Shown one piece after another: positions 8,213-17,041 of a stretch of 23,305 nucleotides of DNA; the first letter of the stretch is position 1; each line of letters starts with the position of its first letter. The stretch lies in UHGV virus genome UHGV-0337120; one strand, 5' to 3'. The translations under genes and the position numbers were made by a program. The stretch is from a virus. Under the pieces are notes generated by a model. It was not told where the DNA came from, did no database searches, and saw only the letters and a list, made by a program, of their open reading frames with translations.

Positions 8213-8455
8213 ATGATCGAAGCCTACAAAATACTTATTAATAACGCGTTGCAGCGTTACCACTTTGAACTCGCAAACAGGGGCGTAACTAAGGATGAAA
8301 GCCTTCGTAACTCACTGCGCGGCGCAATTATGGGACTGTATAACTGCGCGCTGGGCAGCGATGACCGTGAAGCGCTGGAAGAATTAAAGTCGATTATGAC
8401 AGAACTGTTTGAAGGTGAAATTGTTGAGCCTTACTTCACAGGGGTGGCAGCATGA
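8213..8455 (+). CDS. Hypothetical early protein
   Basis: 80-aa ORF; stop overlaps the next start (ATGA). Confidence 0.5.
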   Translation: MIEAYKILINNALQRYHFELANRGVTKDESLRNSLRGAIMGLYNCALGSDDREALEELKSIMTELFEGEIVEPYFTGVAA

Positions 8456-8577
8456 TCATATTCCTTTCATGGCTAATTCTGATTATCTCCGTACTTATGG
8501 CAATCGGCATTATGCGAATTATCCACACACTGAAGGATATCGAATTATTCTTTACCGGCGATAAACGCCGTAAATAA
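8452..8577 (+). CDS. Small hydrophobic single-TM peptide (41 aa)
   Basis: MIIFLSWLILIISVLMAIGIMRIIHTLKDIELFFTGDKRRK; ATGA-coupled to upstream gene. Confidence 0.35.
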   Translation: MIIFLSWLILIISVLMAIGIMRIIHTLKDIELFFTGDKRRK

Positions 8578-8589
8578 AGCGAAAACGTT

Positions 8590-8685
8590 ATGAAGAATGT
8601 AAAAGCAATACTCACCATTGCCAGTGTGTGGCTGATATTTCAGGTGTGTGCGCTTATCTGGTTAGCCCTGAAGATCTGGGAATAA
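8590..8685 (+). CDS. Small hydrophobic single-TM peptide (31 aa)
   Basis: MKNVKAILTIASVWLIFQVCALIWLALKIWE; weak RBS. Confidence 0.3.
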   Translation: MKNVKAILTIASVWLIFQVCALIWLALKIWE

Positions 8686-8790
8686 CCTTAAGCTTCAAAT
8701 AAGAACGCAATAACACCAGAAAACATACGAACAATTAATTAAGGCATTCATGCCATCGGGTTCCCTTTGTCTTTTTTCAGGAGTCAACAA

Positions 8791-9024
8791 ATGAGAACAG
8801 CCGAATCACCCGGCAGAGAAATAGCCGCCAGACCAGCTAACCATCATGCACATATCAGCATGGCCGCAAGAAAAGCCGAGCGTGCGCATATCTGCGAATT
8901 GCTGCGTGACCTGGTTGACACAGCGAGAGAGAAGCACACCTCCCCGGAGGAAACCTGCTCATCCATTGAACGACTGATTGCAACGCTCACGAACAACGCC
9001 GAACAGAAGGAGTGCACACAGTGA
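8791..9024 (+). CDS. Hypothetical early protein
   Basis: 77 aa from ATG 8791 with CAGGAG RBS (track starts earlier at a non-ATG codon). Confidence 0.45.
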   Translation: MRTAESPGREIAARPANHHAHISMAARKAERAHICELLRDLVDTAREKHTSPEETCSSIERLIATLTNNAEQKECTQ

Positions 9025-9602
9025 ACCATCTCATGATCGACACCGAAACATTGGGTACCGGACCGGACGCAGTCATATTCGCGATTGGCGCGGTGTTTTT
9101 CGACCCGTTCACCGGAAAGCTGGGCAAACAGTTTGAGAAACTCATCGACCCGGTGGATTCAGAACGCAACGGTGGAACCGTCAATGCAGCCACCGCTGTA
9201 TGGTGGGCCGGACAATCCGTGGAGGCCAGATCCTGCCTGCGCAACGCAGATGGAACAGAGCTGGCAGCAGTGACCGAATTTCTGGCGTTCATTTCACGCA
9301 ATATGCATGACGAAAGCCCGGGCAATTCACTGAACATATGGTGTAAGGGCGCATCCTTCGATTTCCCGATCCTGAAATCCGCCATAACACGCACAGCCGG
9401 AGAAAAAAGCATCCCCTGGTGCTACTGGAACGAGCGCTGTATGCGCCCGCTTATCGCCATGGCTGAATCAACTGGATGGAAAATGCCAGGCAGATCAGGA
9501 AAAGAGGCCATTGCTCACACCGCGCTGGGCGACGCCATTTACCAGGCAAAGGTCGTGTCAGAAATCTGGCAGCGCTTCACAACACCATTCCTGAACATAT
9601 GA
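9012..9602 (+). CDS. DEDDh-family 3'-5' exonuclease (DnaQ-like)
   Basis: Exo I motif IDTETLG and Exo III motif HTALGDAIYQA read directly. True start probably GTG 9021 or ATG 9033. Confidence 0.7.
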   Translation: MHTVNHLMIDTETLGTGPDAVIFAIGAVFFDPFTGKLGKQFEKLIDPVDSERNGGTVNAATAVWWAGQSVEARSCLRNADGTELAAVTEFLAFISRNMHDESPGNSLNIWCKGASFDFPILKSAITRTAGEKSIPWCYWNERCMRPLIAMAESTGWKMPGRSGKEAIAHTALGDAIYQAKVVSEIWQRFTTPFLNI

Positions 9603-9611
9603 GGTGAAGCC

Positions 9612-9839
9612 ATGGTCGCCATCCTGAATGTGTGTTGCTGCCCCCCCCTGAACGTGGAAAGAAAAGCCCGCGCATCGCTGCGTTTATTCCGCGACGGCGT
9701 GCGGAATTTTTCACGCATAAAACCCCACGACTACCTGGTAATAAGAATCGGTTTCCGCTGGCGATTACTGAGCAAAAACAACGGGGCGTCATGGGATTTA
9801 TTAACGCACGAAACCTATAACAAAGAGGCCGCGTTATGA
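9612..9839 (+). CDS. Small basic Cys-rich ORF containing a C8 tract; stop overlaps dam start
   Basis: GAGGTGA RBS before ATG 9612; C8 homopolymer at 9641-9648 inside codons 10-13; TGA overlaps the dam ATG (TTATGAGC). Coding status uncertain. Confidence 0.3.
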   Translation: MVAILNVCCCPPLNVERKARASLRLFRDGVRNFSRIKPHDYLVIRIGFRWRLLSKNNGASWDLLTHETYNKEAAL

Positions 9840-10816
9840 GCAAAGAACTGTTATCCGGTACGCCACTGAAATGGGTGGGCGGAAAAAGCCGCATCATGAA
9901 CACACTGAAGGCGCACCTGCCAGAAGCCGACTGTCTGGTTGAGCCGTTCGTGGGCGGCGCATCGGTATTCATGAACACCAGTTACAAGCGTTACATCCTG
10001 GGTGATTCCAATGGTGCGCTGATTAATTTCTACCGGCAAGCCAGGGACAACACCGACAGCCTGATCGACGAGGCGAAAACCCTGTTCCTGAACCACAACA
10101 ACAGGGGTGACTATCTCATCATTCGCGAAACCTTTAACGCAGAGAATCATGCCTTCCTGAACAGCAGAACGGGAATAAGCGACCGCCGTGAACTGCGACT
10201 GGCCGCCATGTTTTTGTACCTGAACCGACACAGCTTTAACGGTTTGTTCCGCGTGAACGGAAAAGGCGATTTTAACGTGCCTTTCGGCTGCTACCGCAAG
10301 CCCTACTTCCCTGAGCGTGAAATCCGCGCATTTGCAGACAAGGCAAACAGCACCCGAACGCTGCTTATCCACGCAGATTTTAAGGATACGCTGAACTCTG
10401 CCAGTCACCTGTTCGGCATGGGCAACACGCTTTGCGTGTACTGCGATCCCCCTTACCTGCAATTCAGTGGCCGGGACAATTTTACCGCCTACGGAAAACC
10501 ATTCGATGAAGACGAGCACGTTCGTCTGAGGGCAGCGCTTGACCGCCTTTCACAGGAAACGGGCGGCATGACCAGCATCACCATCTCCAATTCCGACACA
10601 CCGGAAACCAGACGCATTTATCAGGGTTACCGGATGAACACCATCCTGGCACCACGAAGCGTTGGCGCAAGAACCCGGGAATCAGCACCGGAGGTTATCG
10701 CCACCCTGAGACAGTGCGACGCCTGCGGTCGCCATGGCGGTGGCTACTGCCCGGACTGCGGACCTGTAACGGAAGATGCAACTTACAGCGCGATGTTAAT
10801 CACCGCCAGTACGTAA
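9836..10816 (+). CDS. dam: DNA adenine methyltransferase (Dam family) with Cys-rich C-terminal extension
   Basis: LKWVGGK, CLVEPFVGGASVF (SAM binding), FLYLNR, NVPFG.YRKPYFPE and catalytic DPPY align with E. coli Dam from memory; C-terminus has CDACGRHGGGYCPDCG. Confidence 0.92.
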   Translation: MSKELLSGTPLKWVGGKSRIMNTLKAHLPEADCLVEPFVGGASVFMNTSYKRYILGDSNGALINFYRQARDNTDSLIDEAKTLFLNHNNRGDYLIIRETFNAENHAFLNSRTGISDRRELRLAAMFLYLNRHSFNGLFRVNGKGDFNVPFGCYRKPYFPEREIRAFADKANSTRTLLIHADFKDTLNSASHLFGMGNTLCVYCDPPYLQFSGRDNFTAYGKPFDEDEHVRLRAALDRLSQETGGMTSITISNSDTPETRRIYQGYRMNTILAPRSVGARTRESAPEVIATLRQCDACGRHGGGYCPDCGPVTEDATYSAMLITAST

Positions 10817-10850
10817 ACAACCAGTAAATCAGTAACACCGGAGTCAGGAA

Positions 10851-11087
10851 ATGAATAGCGAAAACAACAAAGAGCTTTTGCGGGAATTGCGTCTCATCGC
10901 CCGTGCACACGAGGAAGCAGCAAAAGTTGCCGCAGCTGCTGGAAGACCAGAGCTCGTTATCACTTCAGCAATCTCACTGAGGATCACCATGGAAGCAATT
11001 CAGGTAATTCAGGATCAGGAAAGTGAAATCGCCACCCTTAAAAAGCAGCTCAACGAGAAATCTGCCGGGCAAAGGAGTCAGCAATGA
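10851..11087 (+). CDS. Hypothetical small protein
   Basis: 78-aa ORF, helical/charged, stop overlaps next start. Confidence 0.4.
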   Translation: MNSENNKELLRELRLIARAHEEAAKVAAAAGRPELVITSAISLRITMEAIQVIQDQESEIATLKKQLNEKSAGQRSQQ

Positions 11088-11302
11088 TCCAGGAATCAAC
11101 CGTTATCAGATTCACAGCCAACGGCCGTCAGTACGAGGTAGACGAAAGCCTGATTGACCAGGGCATGACACGCCAGGACTCACGCAATTCTGAGATGCAT
11201 CACATCCGCCTTATCAACGGTTCGCACTTCTGCGCCACGAACATGGAAGAAGTACGCGTGCTGACAGCAACACGCAATACGGGAGGTAAAGCATGGCAGT
11301 GA
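11084..11302 (+). CDS. Hypothetical small protein
   Basis: 72-aa ORF in operon. Confidence 0.4.
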   Translation: MIQESTVIRFTANGRQYEVDESLIDQGMTRQDSRNSEMHHIRLINGSHFCATNMEEVRVLTATRNTGGKAWQ

Positions 11303-11655
11303 TTTATATCGCCGGTCCAATGACCGGATACAAAGATCACAACAGAACGGCGTTTTTCACAGAGGCGATGAGGCTCGCGGCAGACGGGCACGTTGTGCTG
11401 AACCCTGCCACGTTGCCGGAAGGATTAAGCCAGCAGCAGTACATGAGCATTTGTATTCCGATGCTCATGTGTGCCGATGTCATTTACTTGCTGGAAGGCT
11501 GGGAGGATTCAGCTGGCGCGCGGGCGGAGTACGCAATGGCACTCAAGCTGAACATAGACGTGTCATTACCGCCTGTCAGGGAAGACGGTAAAAGCATCAC
11601 GCAGCCGGGAGTCGATCAGACGCCGCACAACCAGCAGATTAACCTTTCGGAGTAA
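11293..11655 (+). CDS. Nucleoside 2-deoxyribosyltransferase-like protein (DUF4406-like)
   Basis: N-terminal VIYIAGPMTGY...N...F...A..L...GHVVLNP pattern typical of the NDT-like fold, recalled from memory. Confidence 0.5.
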   Translation: MAVIYIAGPMTGYKDHNRTAFFTEAMRLAADGHVVLNPATLPEGLSQQQYMSICIPMLMCADVIYLLEGWEDSAGARAEYAMALKLNIDVSLPPVREDGKSITQPGVDQTPHNQQINLSE

Positions 11656-12083
11656 CGCAAATGCTCGCTGGCAGACAGACCAACAGATGCGCTCGCTTTG
11701 TTTTTTGCGGGCCTGACAAACGCCTTCATGGATGCGCTGTTCGTTTCTTCCAGATACAGAATGCGCTCAATCAGGCGTTCAGTGCTCATGAAATCCCTTT
11801 GCGTAATCAGACGAAGGTAGCTCTGTTTCTGCCAGCACGCCAGTTCGGCGACGAATTCACACTTGCTGCAAAACCAGGAAAAAACAAAAAATGCCAGTCC
11901 GCAAAGACTCATCAGGACGGGGAAACCTACGAGAAGAAAGGACAATACCGCAGCAATCAGCGCCCCGGCGCGCAACATGGCAGCGGCTTTATTGCTGAGT
12001 ATGAAAACCATCTCTTCCAGCCAATAGCTGTACCACAGATGAAAAAAAATCTTCTTGTCTGCTTGCTCCATAGTAACAGGCAT
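11616..12083 (-). CDS. Two-TM membrane protein, antisense to early operon (cargo candidate)
   Basis: ATG 12083 with GGAGG RBS 7 nt upstream; hydrophobic helices AMLRAGALIAAVLSFLLVGFPVLM and LCGLAFFVFSWFC, then a soluble C-terminal domain; 3' end overlaps the convergent upstream gene by 40 nt. Confidence 0.55.
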   Translation of the reverse strand: MPVTMEQADKKIFFHLWYSYWLEEMVFILSNKAAAMLRAGALIAAVLSFLLVGFPVLMSLCGLAFFVFSWFCSKCEFVAELACWQKQSYLRLITQRDFMSTERLIERILYLEETNSASMKAFVRPAKNKASASVGLSASEHLRYSERLICWLCGV

Positions 12084-12469
12084 AAACAACCTCCATTGTT
12101 AATAAACGCCGCTATCCCTCGGCGCATTCCATTTTTGCGCCGCGATTATACATACTTCAGCACGCAACACAAAAACCGCTTGCCAGCGCTCGTCGTGTCA
12201 GGTTACATTTCCGCTGCACCTCATAAAACGGGTGCCGGGATTTCCACCCCGCTGACAAACGAAGCGCACAGCCGCGCCAGCGGTTTTTTTGTGCGTACTG
12301 TATCGCCACGTCTTTTTCGCGTCAGAATTATGGCGGGGCGTACAGGGCCGACTTCGGTCGGGCCGGTTTCTTCGTTTGCCGGTTGTGGAAACCCTGTACG
12401 TCTCGCCACCCTGAGTTTTCCACCTCTGGTTGGTGAGTTTTCAAAATTCACAAACGAAGAGGCCACACC

Positions 12470-12691
12470 ATGGCAAACCGCAAGCAACAGCGCGCCCGCG
12501 CTGAGCGTCTTCACATCCGCAGCGAAATCAACCGCAGACTCCATCGGGCTGCATCTGTCGCCTTTATCATGCAGTCAAACGTATTACACCGACTTAACGA
12601 CGGTATCGCTGCCGGGTATTACGCGGCAGTCTTCAGCTATCTCGCCGAAGATCTGGCAGAACTACAAAGCCTCATCAACCAGCACCGATAA
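12470..12691 (+). CDS. Hypothetical protein (P2 orf82/83-region equivalent)
   Basis: 73 aa; GAAGAGG RBS; follows a 370-bp ORF-free structured region. Confidence 0.45.
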   Translation: MANRKQQRARAERLHIRSEINRRLHRAASVAFIMQSNVLHRLNDGIAAGYYAAVFSYLAEDLAELQSLINQHR

Positions 12692-12759
12692 ACCACATCC
12701 GGAAGCTATCCCACACCTGCACGCGGGAGGCTTCCGCACATCTGTTACCGGAGGTTCTC

Positions 12760-13176
12760 ATGAAGAGCGTTAAGGGGCTTTCAGATATTCAGGACTTTTT
12801 TAACTGGATGTGGGCGGTGGATCCCCTGCTGGCTTCCCGCCTGAACAACTGGCACGACTATTACCGCCGCGCCTGTAAACAGGCTGCCCGCAGCGTCACC
12901 ACATACGGGGATTTCTCCTTCACCGTGGACGGTCGTTACCGCGTGGACGTGAAAGGTGATGGTGATGGACTGGGTTTATTTCACATCAACGGCACCGACA
13001 GTACCGCCATCAGCTGGTCGTCATCAGAGATGGCGCTGGTTCTGGAAATGACAACCCACAGCGTGGCCGTGAAAGGTATATACACCGCAGAAGGTTTTAT
13101 CGGCGAATACCAGCGCCTTCTCGTGCTGTACCGCGCGGCGTTTCAGGTGGCAACTGCCGGGGAGTACGACGCATGA
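12760..13176 (+). CDS. Hypothetical protein upstream of A
   Basis: 138 aa; GGAGG RBS; stop overlaps A start (ATGA). Confidence 0.5.
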   Translation: MKSVKGLSDIQDFFNWMWAVDPLLASRLNNWHDYYRRACKQAARSVTTYGDFSFTVDGRYRVDVKGDGDGLGLFHINGTDSTAISWSSSEMALVLEMTTHSVAVKGIYTAEGFIGEYQRLLVLYRAAFQVATAGEYDA

Positions 13177-15686
13177 GTGACCGCAATGCACAGCTGGCGT
13201 ACCCGTGGAACGCACCGCTACCGGTTATCGATCCTGAAACGTTCGGCAGAGCACAACCAACCGCATTACGCCAGGCCATTCAGAGCTACATCAACGAGGA
13301 CATTCGCATTGATGCCAGACTGGATGAAGAAACCGTCTCCTTCCTGACAAACACAGACGAAGGCAAGCGAATTAATTCGCACCTTCACCACGACGAAGAG
13401 CGTCGGATCAGACTGGAAAAACTGGCGCGGCACAAACGCGAAAATCCGCCCACACTGGTATCTGAAGCCATGGCAGAGCTGCGCGCCCTGCCGCCGTTTC
13501 TTGCCAGTCCGCTCATCCGGGACCTGGCTCGCCTGAGCCGCAAACAGGAGAGCGCACGCCGGGAAGGGCTTAAGAATAACAGCGCATATGCGGCGGATAA
13601 CTTCGTTCGTCATGGGCTGCGTGCCCGCCTGAAACGTATCGCCCGTGTGAATGAACGCTTTGCCACCCCGGCCTTTAAGGCCACCGCCGCCCGCGAACGG
13701 CTGGATGAACTGCTTATACTGCCGCAGCTGAGCCGTGACGAAATCCAGCGCCTTGCCACCCTGACCGCCACCGCGTTTTCCGCCGCACTGGAGCGCGCAT
13801 GTGATGAGATCATCGAAAAGACCGGCAGGGGTGACGATGACCTGTTCACCTGGTTACTGACCTACCAGTCACTGGCACACATGGCGTTAAAACTGGGTAT
13901 CACGCCACCCTGCTGGCCGTCGCTGGAAATCAGGCCAGACCGCCGCACCGCCCCCAACCCGGAACGGGTGCCGGGTGCGGTCATGCGCCTTTCCTGTGCG
14001 ACATGGTGGAACAGTCAGTTAAGACACCTCCGGGACATCTGGCGTGAAGAGCTGTTACGCGCCGCAGGTCTGGTGTCACGTAAGACATCGGTATATATCA
14101 GCCATGAAGCGTTACTGGACTGGCGCGAAAAACGCCAGCGCACCCGCGATTTTCTGAAGGCCTGGGACATCGAGAACGAAGAGGGAGAACGGTTCAGCCT
14201 TGAGGATATCTACTGGGCAGGTCTCTCTAATCCGCGTAACCGCCGTAACGAGATGATGACCTGCGCCCGGGGAATGGAGCAGGTCGCCGAAGCACGCGGC
14301 GATGTGGCGTTTTTCGTCACCGTCACAGCCCCTTCCCGTTTTCACAGCGTGAACGATGACGGCAGTCTGAACCCGAAATACTGCGGGGCAACGGTACGCG
14401 ATGCCAGTGATTATCTGGTTTACCGCTTTTTCGCCGCCGTCCGCAGGGCCATCGACAAGGCCGGGCTGGGCTGGTACGGCGTGCGCACAGTGGAGCCCCA
14501 CCACGACGGTACACCGCACTGGCACATGCTGGTATTCACCAGCCAGGAAAACGAAGCCCGTATCACTGAAATCATGCGCAACGCCGCCATCAGGGAGGAC
14601 CGCGCAGAGCTGGGTGATGATATCTCCCCGCGTTTTAAATGCGAAAAAATCGACCCGGCAAAAGGCACACCGACAAGCTATATCGCGACCTATATCGGTA
14701 AGAACCTGGACGCCAGCGCCTTCATGGGAAATGACCCGAAAACCGGCAAACCTTACGTCGATAAGGAATCAGGCAAAACCATGGCCGAAACCGTGGAGAA
14801 CGCCATCGGCTGGGCAGGCCTTCACCGCATCCACCAGTTCCAGTTCTTCGGTATCCCGCCCCGCCAGGTATGGCGCGAACTCCGCAGCCTTGCCGGGCAG
14901 ATGGCCCGTAACCCGACTGCCCCACAGCGTCTGGACCATGACGACATTGACGCCATACTGGCCGCCGCCGACGTGGGATGTTTTGCCACCTATATCACCC
15001 GCCAGGGTGGTGTGCTCATTCCCCGCAACACGTACCTGGTCCGCACCGCATACGAAACTGCCGAAGAGGCCAACGACTACGGCGAATTCCCGCAACGCAT
15101 TTACGGCGTCCGCGCCCCGTTACTCGGGGAGCGCTACACCATATGCACCCACCCGGACACCTGGAAACTGGTCAGACGTAAGCCGGAAAACGAAGACCGC
15201 ACGGACGAGGGTTTTGACGTTGAGTGCGGCTTTGCCGCACCTTGGACTCGTGGCAATAACTGTCCCCATGATGAAAAAACAGACACCGGAGAGGGTAAAA
15301 CCCCACCACCGGAAGCCAGGAAAGAACAAAAACTGGTCGTCCCGGGAGGTGATTTGGGTGAGTGGTTAAGGTCACTGACCCCCACAAAGCGAAAACAACT
15401 CACCAGGCAGCTGAAAGATGCGACATCTGACACAAAAACCGTGAAAACCGGCAGCCCCACCACGCCCGATGACGTCATACATGTGCGTACAGCATTGCCG
15501 CTGACTGACGTCACCACCACCGTAATCAAGTCGGCACTGAGCGCGACGGGCGAGGAGCTACACAGTGGCGCAGCACTTTCCGTACACAGAGGTGCACGCG
15601 TTCGCCTGCCTGACGGGCGGATTGTGCACTGGGATGAGAAATCACGAAGCCTGGTGGCAGCAGATCAACCGGAGGTGAACCCATGA
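13173..15686 (+). CDS. A: Rolling-circle replication initiator, gpA-like
   Basis: 837 aa; VEPHHDGTPHWHMLVF matches P2 A VEPHHDGTPHWHMMLF (HUH-type metal motif); downstream GYIAKYISKN-like SYIATYIGKN also conserved. Confidence 0.92.
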   Translation: MSDRNAQLAYPWNAPLPVIDPETFGRAQPTALRQAIQSYINEDIRIDARLDEETVSFLTNTDEGKRINSHLHHDEERRIRLEKLARHKRENPPTLVSEAMAELRALPPFLASPLIRDLARLSRKQESARREGLKNNSAYAADNFVRHGLRARLKRIARVNERFATPAFKATAARERLDELLILPQLSRDEIQRLATLTATAFSAALERACDEIIEKTGRGDDDLFTWLLTYQSLAHMALKLGITPPCWPSLEIRPDRRTAPNPERVPGAVMRLSCATWWNSQLRHLRDIWREELLRAAGLVSRKTSVYISHEALLDWREKRQRTRDFLKAWDIENEEGERFSLEDIYWAGLSNPRNRRNEMMTCARGMEQVAEARGDVAFFVTVTAPSRFHSVNDDGSLNPKYCGATVRDASDYLVYRFFAAVRRAIDKAGLGWYGVRTVEPHHDGTPHWHMLVFTSQENEARITEIMRNAAIREDRAELGDDISPRFKCEKIDPAKGTPTSYIATYIGKNLDASAFMGNDPKTGKPYVDKESGKTMAETVENAIGWAGLHRIHQFQFFGIPPRQVWRELRSLAGQMARNPTAPQRLDHDDIDAILAAADVGCFATYITRQGGVLIPRNTYLVRTAYETAEEANDYGEFPQRIYGVRAPLLGERYTICTHPDTWKLVRRKPENEDRTDEGFDVECGFAAPWTRGNNCPHDEKTDTGEGKTPPPEARKEQKLVVPGGDLGEWLRSLTPTKRKQLTRQLKDATSDTKTVKTGSPTTPDDVIHVRTALPLTDVTTTVIKSALSATGEELHSGAALSVHRGARVRLPDGRIVHWDEKSRSLVAADQPEVNP

Positions 15687-16087
15687 CACGATTCCATTGT
15701 GTACTCCAGCGCCATGATTTCAGCGCCATCATGAGTGGACGCATTCCGGCACTGACGCTGAGCGGCGTCAGTGTTCGACCACAGCCAGGCGACGAACTGG
15801 AGATCACGATCGCAAACCCCGATCGCAGCACAGATACCGTCATGACCGACATCCTGACTGCAAGAATCAACACCGACAGAAGCGCATTCATCGTTGCCGT
15901 GCGCCCTCGTCGCGCCATATCAGAGCCTGAACCACTGACTCCCGTAGGAAAAATCATGCAGGCATACCACGAAAAACAGACCAGAAAACTCAACGAAGAA
16001 CTGGCAAGAACGCTGGCCGTCGTTAACCGAAAAGCGGCAATTGTCCGCTATGTGCATTCGGCCGCCAGCAGGCAATCACACAGGTAA
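15683..16087 (+). CDS. Hypothetical protein, first gene after A
   Basis: 134 aa; ATGA-coupled to A; GGAGGTG RBS. Confidence 0.5.
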   Translation: MTRFHCVLQRHDFSAIMSGRIPALTLSGVSVRPQPGDELEITIANPDRSTDTVMTDILTARINTDRSAFIVAVRPRRAISEPEPLTPVGKIMQAYHEKQTRKLNEELARTLAVVNRKAAIVRYVHSAASRQSHR

Positions 16088-16135
16088 CAAAAGACCATGA
16101 ACATGACCAGAAACAGCAAACCGAAGGAGCACACC

Positions 16136-16306
16136 ATGAACGACATCAGGAGGATCAGCGACAAAGAGCTTACGAAAATGATTGAGTCGGCGCAGCAGCT
16201 GCTTTCACGACGAAATCCGGTTGTGGAAGAAACATGGTGGGAAAATTTACTGGCAGCACTGACCGAACTCCGCGAACGCCGGAACAACGAAGGAGCCGCC
16301 AAATGA
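16136..16306 (+). CDS. Hypothetical small helical protein
   Basis: 56 aa from ATG 16136 (AAGGAG RBS); track ORF starts earlier at 16097. Confidence 0.4.
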   Translation: MNDIRRISDKELTKMIESAQQLLSRRNPVVEETWWENLLAALTELRERRNNEGAAK

Positions 16307-16641
16307 AGACACCCAGAATGACCGGAAAGGTAATCATTTTACGCTACCTGGAAACGCACGCACGCTTCAGCGCACCAGAGCTGGTTGAAAAACTGGGCGT
16401 GAAAAGGACCATCATTAATCAGGCCGCCGGAAAGATGGTACGCGAAGGGCTGCTGGTTGTGGACGGGTACACGGACAAGATAACGCATTACCGGAAGCCA
16501 ACGGAAAAGGAACGACTGGAGCTGGAGCGGCGGGCTGAACAGCAACAAAAGCCGTCCGTAATCCAGGACTGCAAGCGAAGCGAAATCATGAAGCGAATTC
16601 TGTTTATCTACGGCGCTGGCGAAGAGCTGCCAGTCATCTAA
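16303..16641 (+). CDS. Putative winged-helix DNA-binding protein
   Basis: 112 aa from ATG 16303 (ATGA overlap with previous stop); segment LRYLETHARFSAPELVEKLGVKRTIINQAAGKMVREGLLVVDG looks like a MarR-like wHTH (fold-level guess). Confidence 0.45.
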   Translation: MKTPRMTGKVIILRYLETHARFSAPELVEKLGVKRTIINQAAGKMVREGLLVVDGYTDKITHYRKPTEKERLELERRAEQQQKPSVIQDCKRSEIMKRILFIYGAGEELPVI

Positions 16642-16673
16642 CCCCAACAATAAAACCAACACGGGAGACAAAT

Positions 16674-16991
16674 ATGCCAACACAGGTTGCAACAGAGGGA
16701 CGACTGGCAGCAGACCCGAACACAAGGAGAACAACCAAAGGAACCAACGTCACAACGGCACAACTGGCGGTATCACTACCCTGCCATGGCGCAGAACAGC
16801 CAACCACAATGTGGCTTTACCTTATTTCATTCGGGAAGCAGCACGAAGAACTGGCAAAACACAGAAAAGGCGATCTGATTCTGGTGCACGGAAACTTGCA
16901 GGTAAACAGGTATCAGGACAAGTACGGGCAACAGAAAGAGGGCTGGCAGTTGCTGGCGCAAAGCATTATCAGCTCAAGAACCGGGCGATGA
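16674..16991 (+). CDS. Truncated SSB-like OB-fold protein lacking the acidic C-terminal tail
   Basis: 105 aa; G.L..DP..R.T..G..V....LAVS...W....FGK..E......KG....V.G.L....Y.D..GQ aligns with the E. coli SSB OB-fold from memory; no Gly-rich linker or DDDIPF tail. Confidence 0.5.
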   Translation: MPTQVATEGRLAADPNTRRTTKGTNVTTAQLAVSLPCHGAEQPTTMWLYLISFGKQHEELAKHRKGDLILVHGNLQVNRYQDKYGQQKEGWQLLAQSIISSRTGR

Positions 16992-17001
16992 CTTCACGCA
17001 T

Positions 17002-17041
17002 GTTACCCTCAGCAGCGAGGGTAACACAGGATTTCTTTTTT
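17002..17041 (+). terminator. Terminator hairpin between convergent genes
   Basis: Perfect 9-bp stem GTTACCCTC-agcagc-GAGGGTAAC, T-run at 17034-17039. Confidence 0.55.

Noticed and set aside
9851-10519. 222-aa minus-strand ORF opposite dam
   Set aside because: Shadow ORF antisense to dam.
11661-12773. 370-codon plus-strand ORF with a plausible RBS, spanning the antisense membrane gene, the ORF-free region and part of the next gene
   Set aside because: Translation is low-complexity (S/T/P/R/A/G-rich, few acidic residues, no hydrophobic core pattern), and it overlaps two better-supported genes. Its length is unusual enough to deserve a proteomic check.
14401-15369. 322-aa plus-strand ORF inside gene A in another frame
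   Set aside because: Pro/Arg/Ser/Thr-rich out-of-frame translation of a GC-rich coding region; A is unambiguous from conserved motifs.
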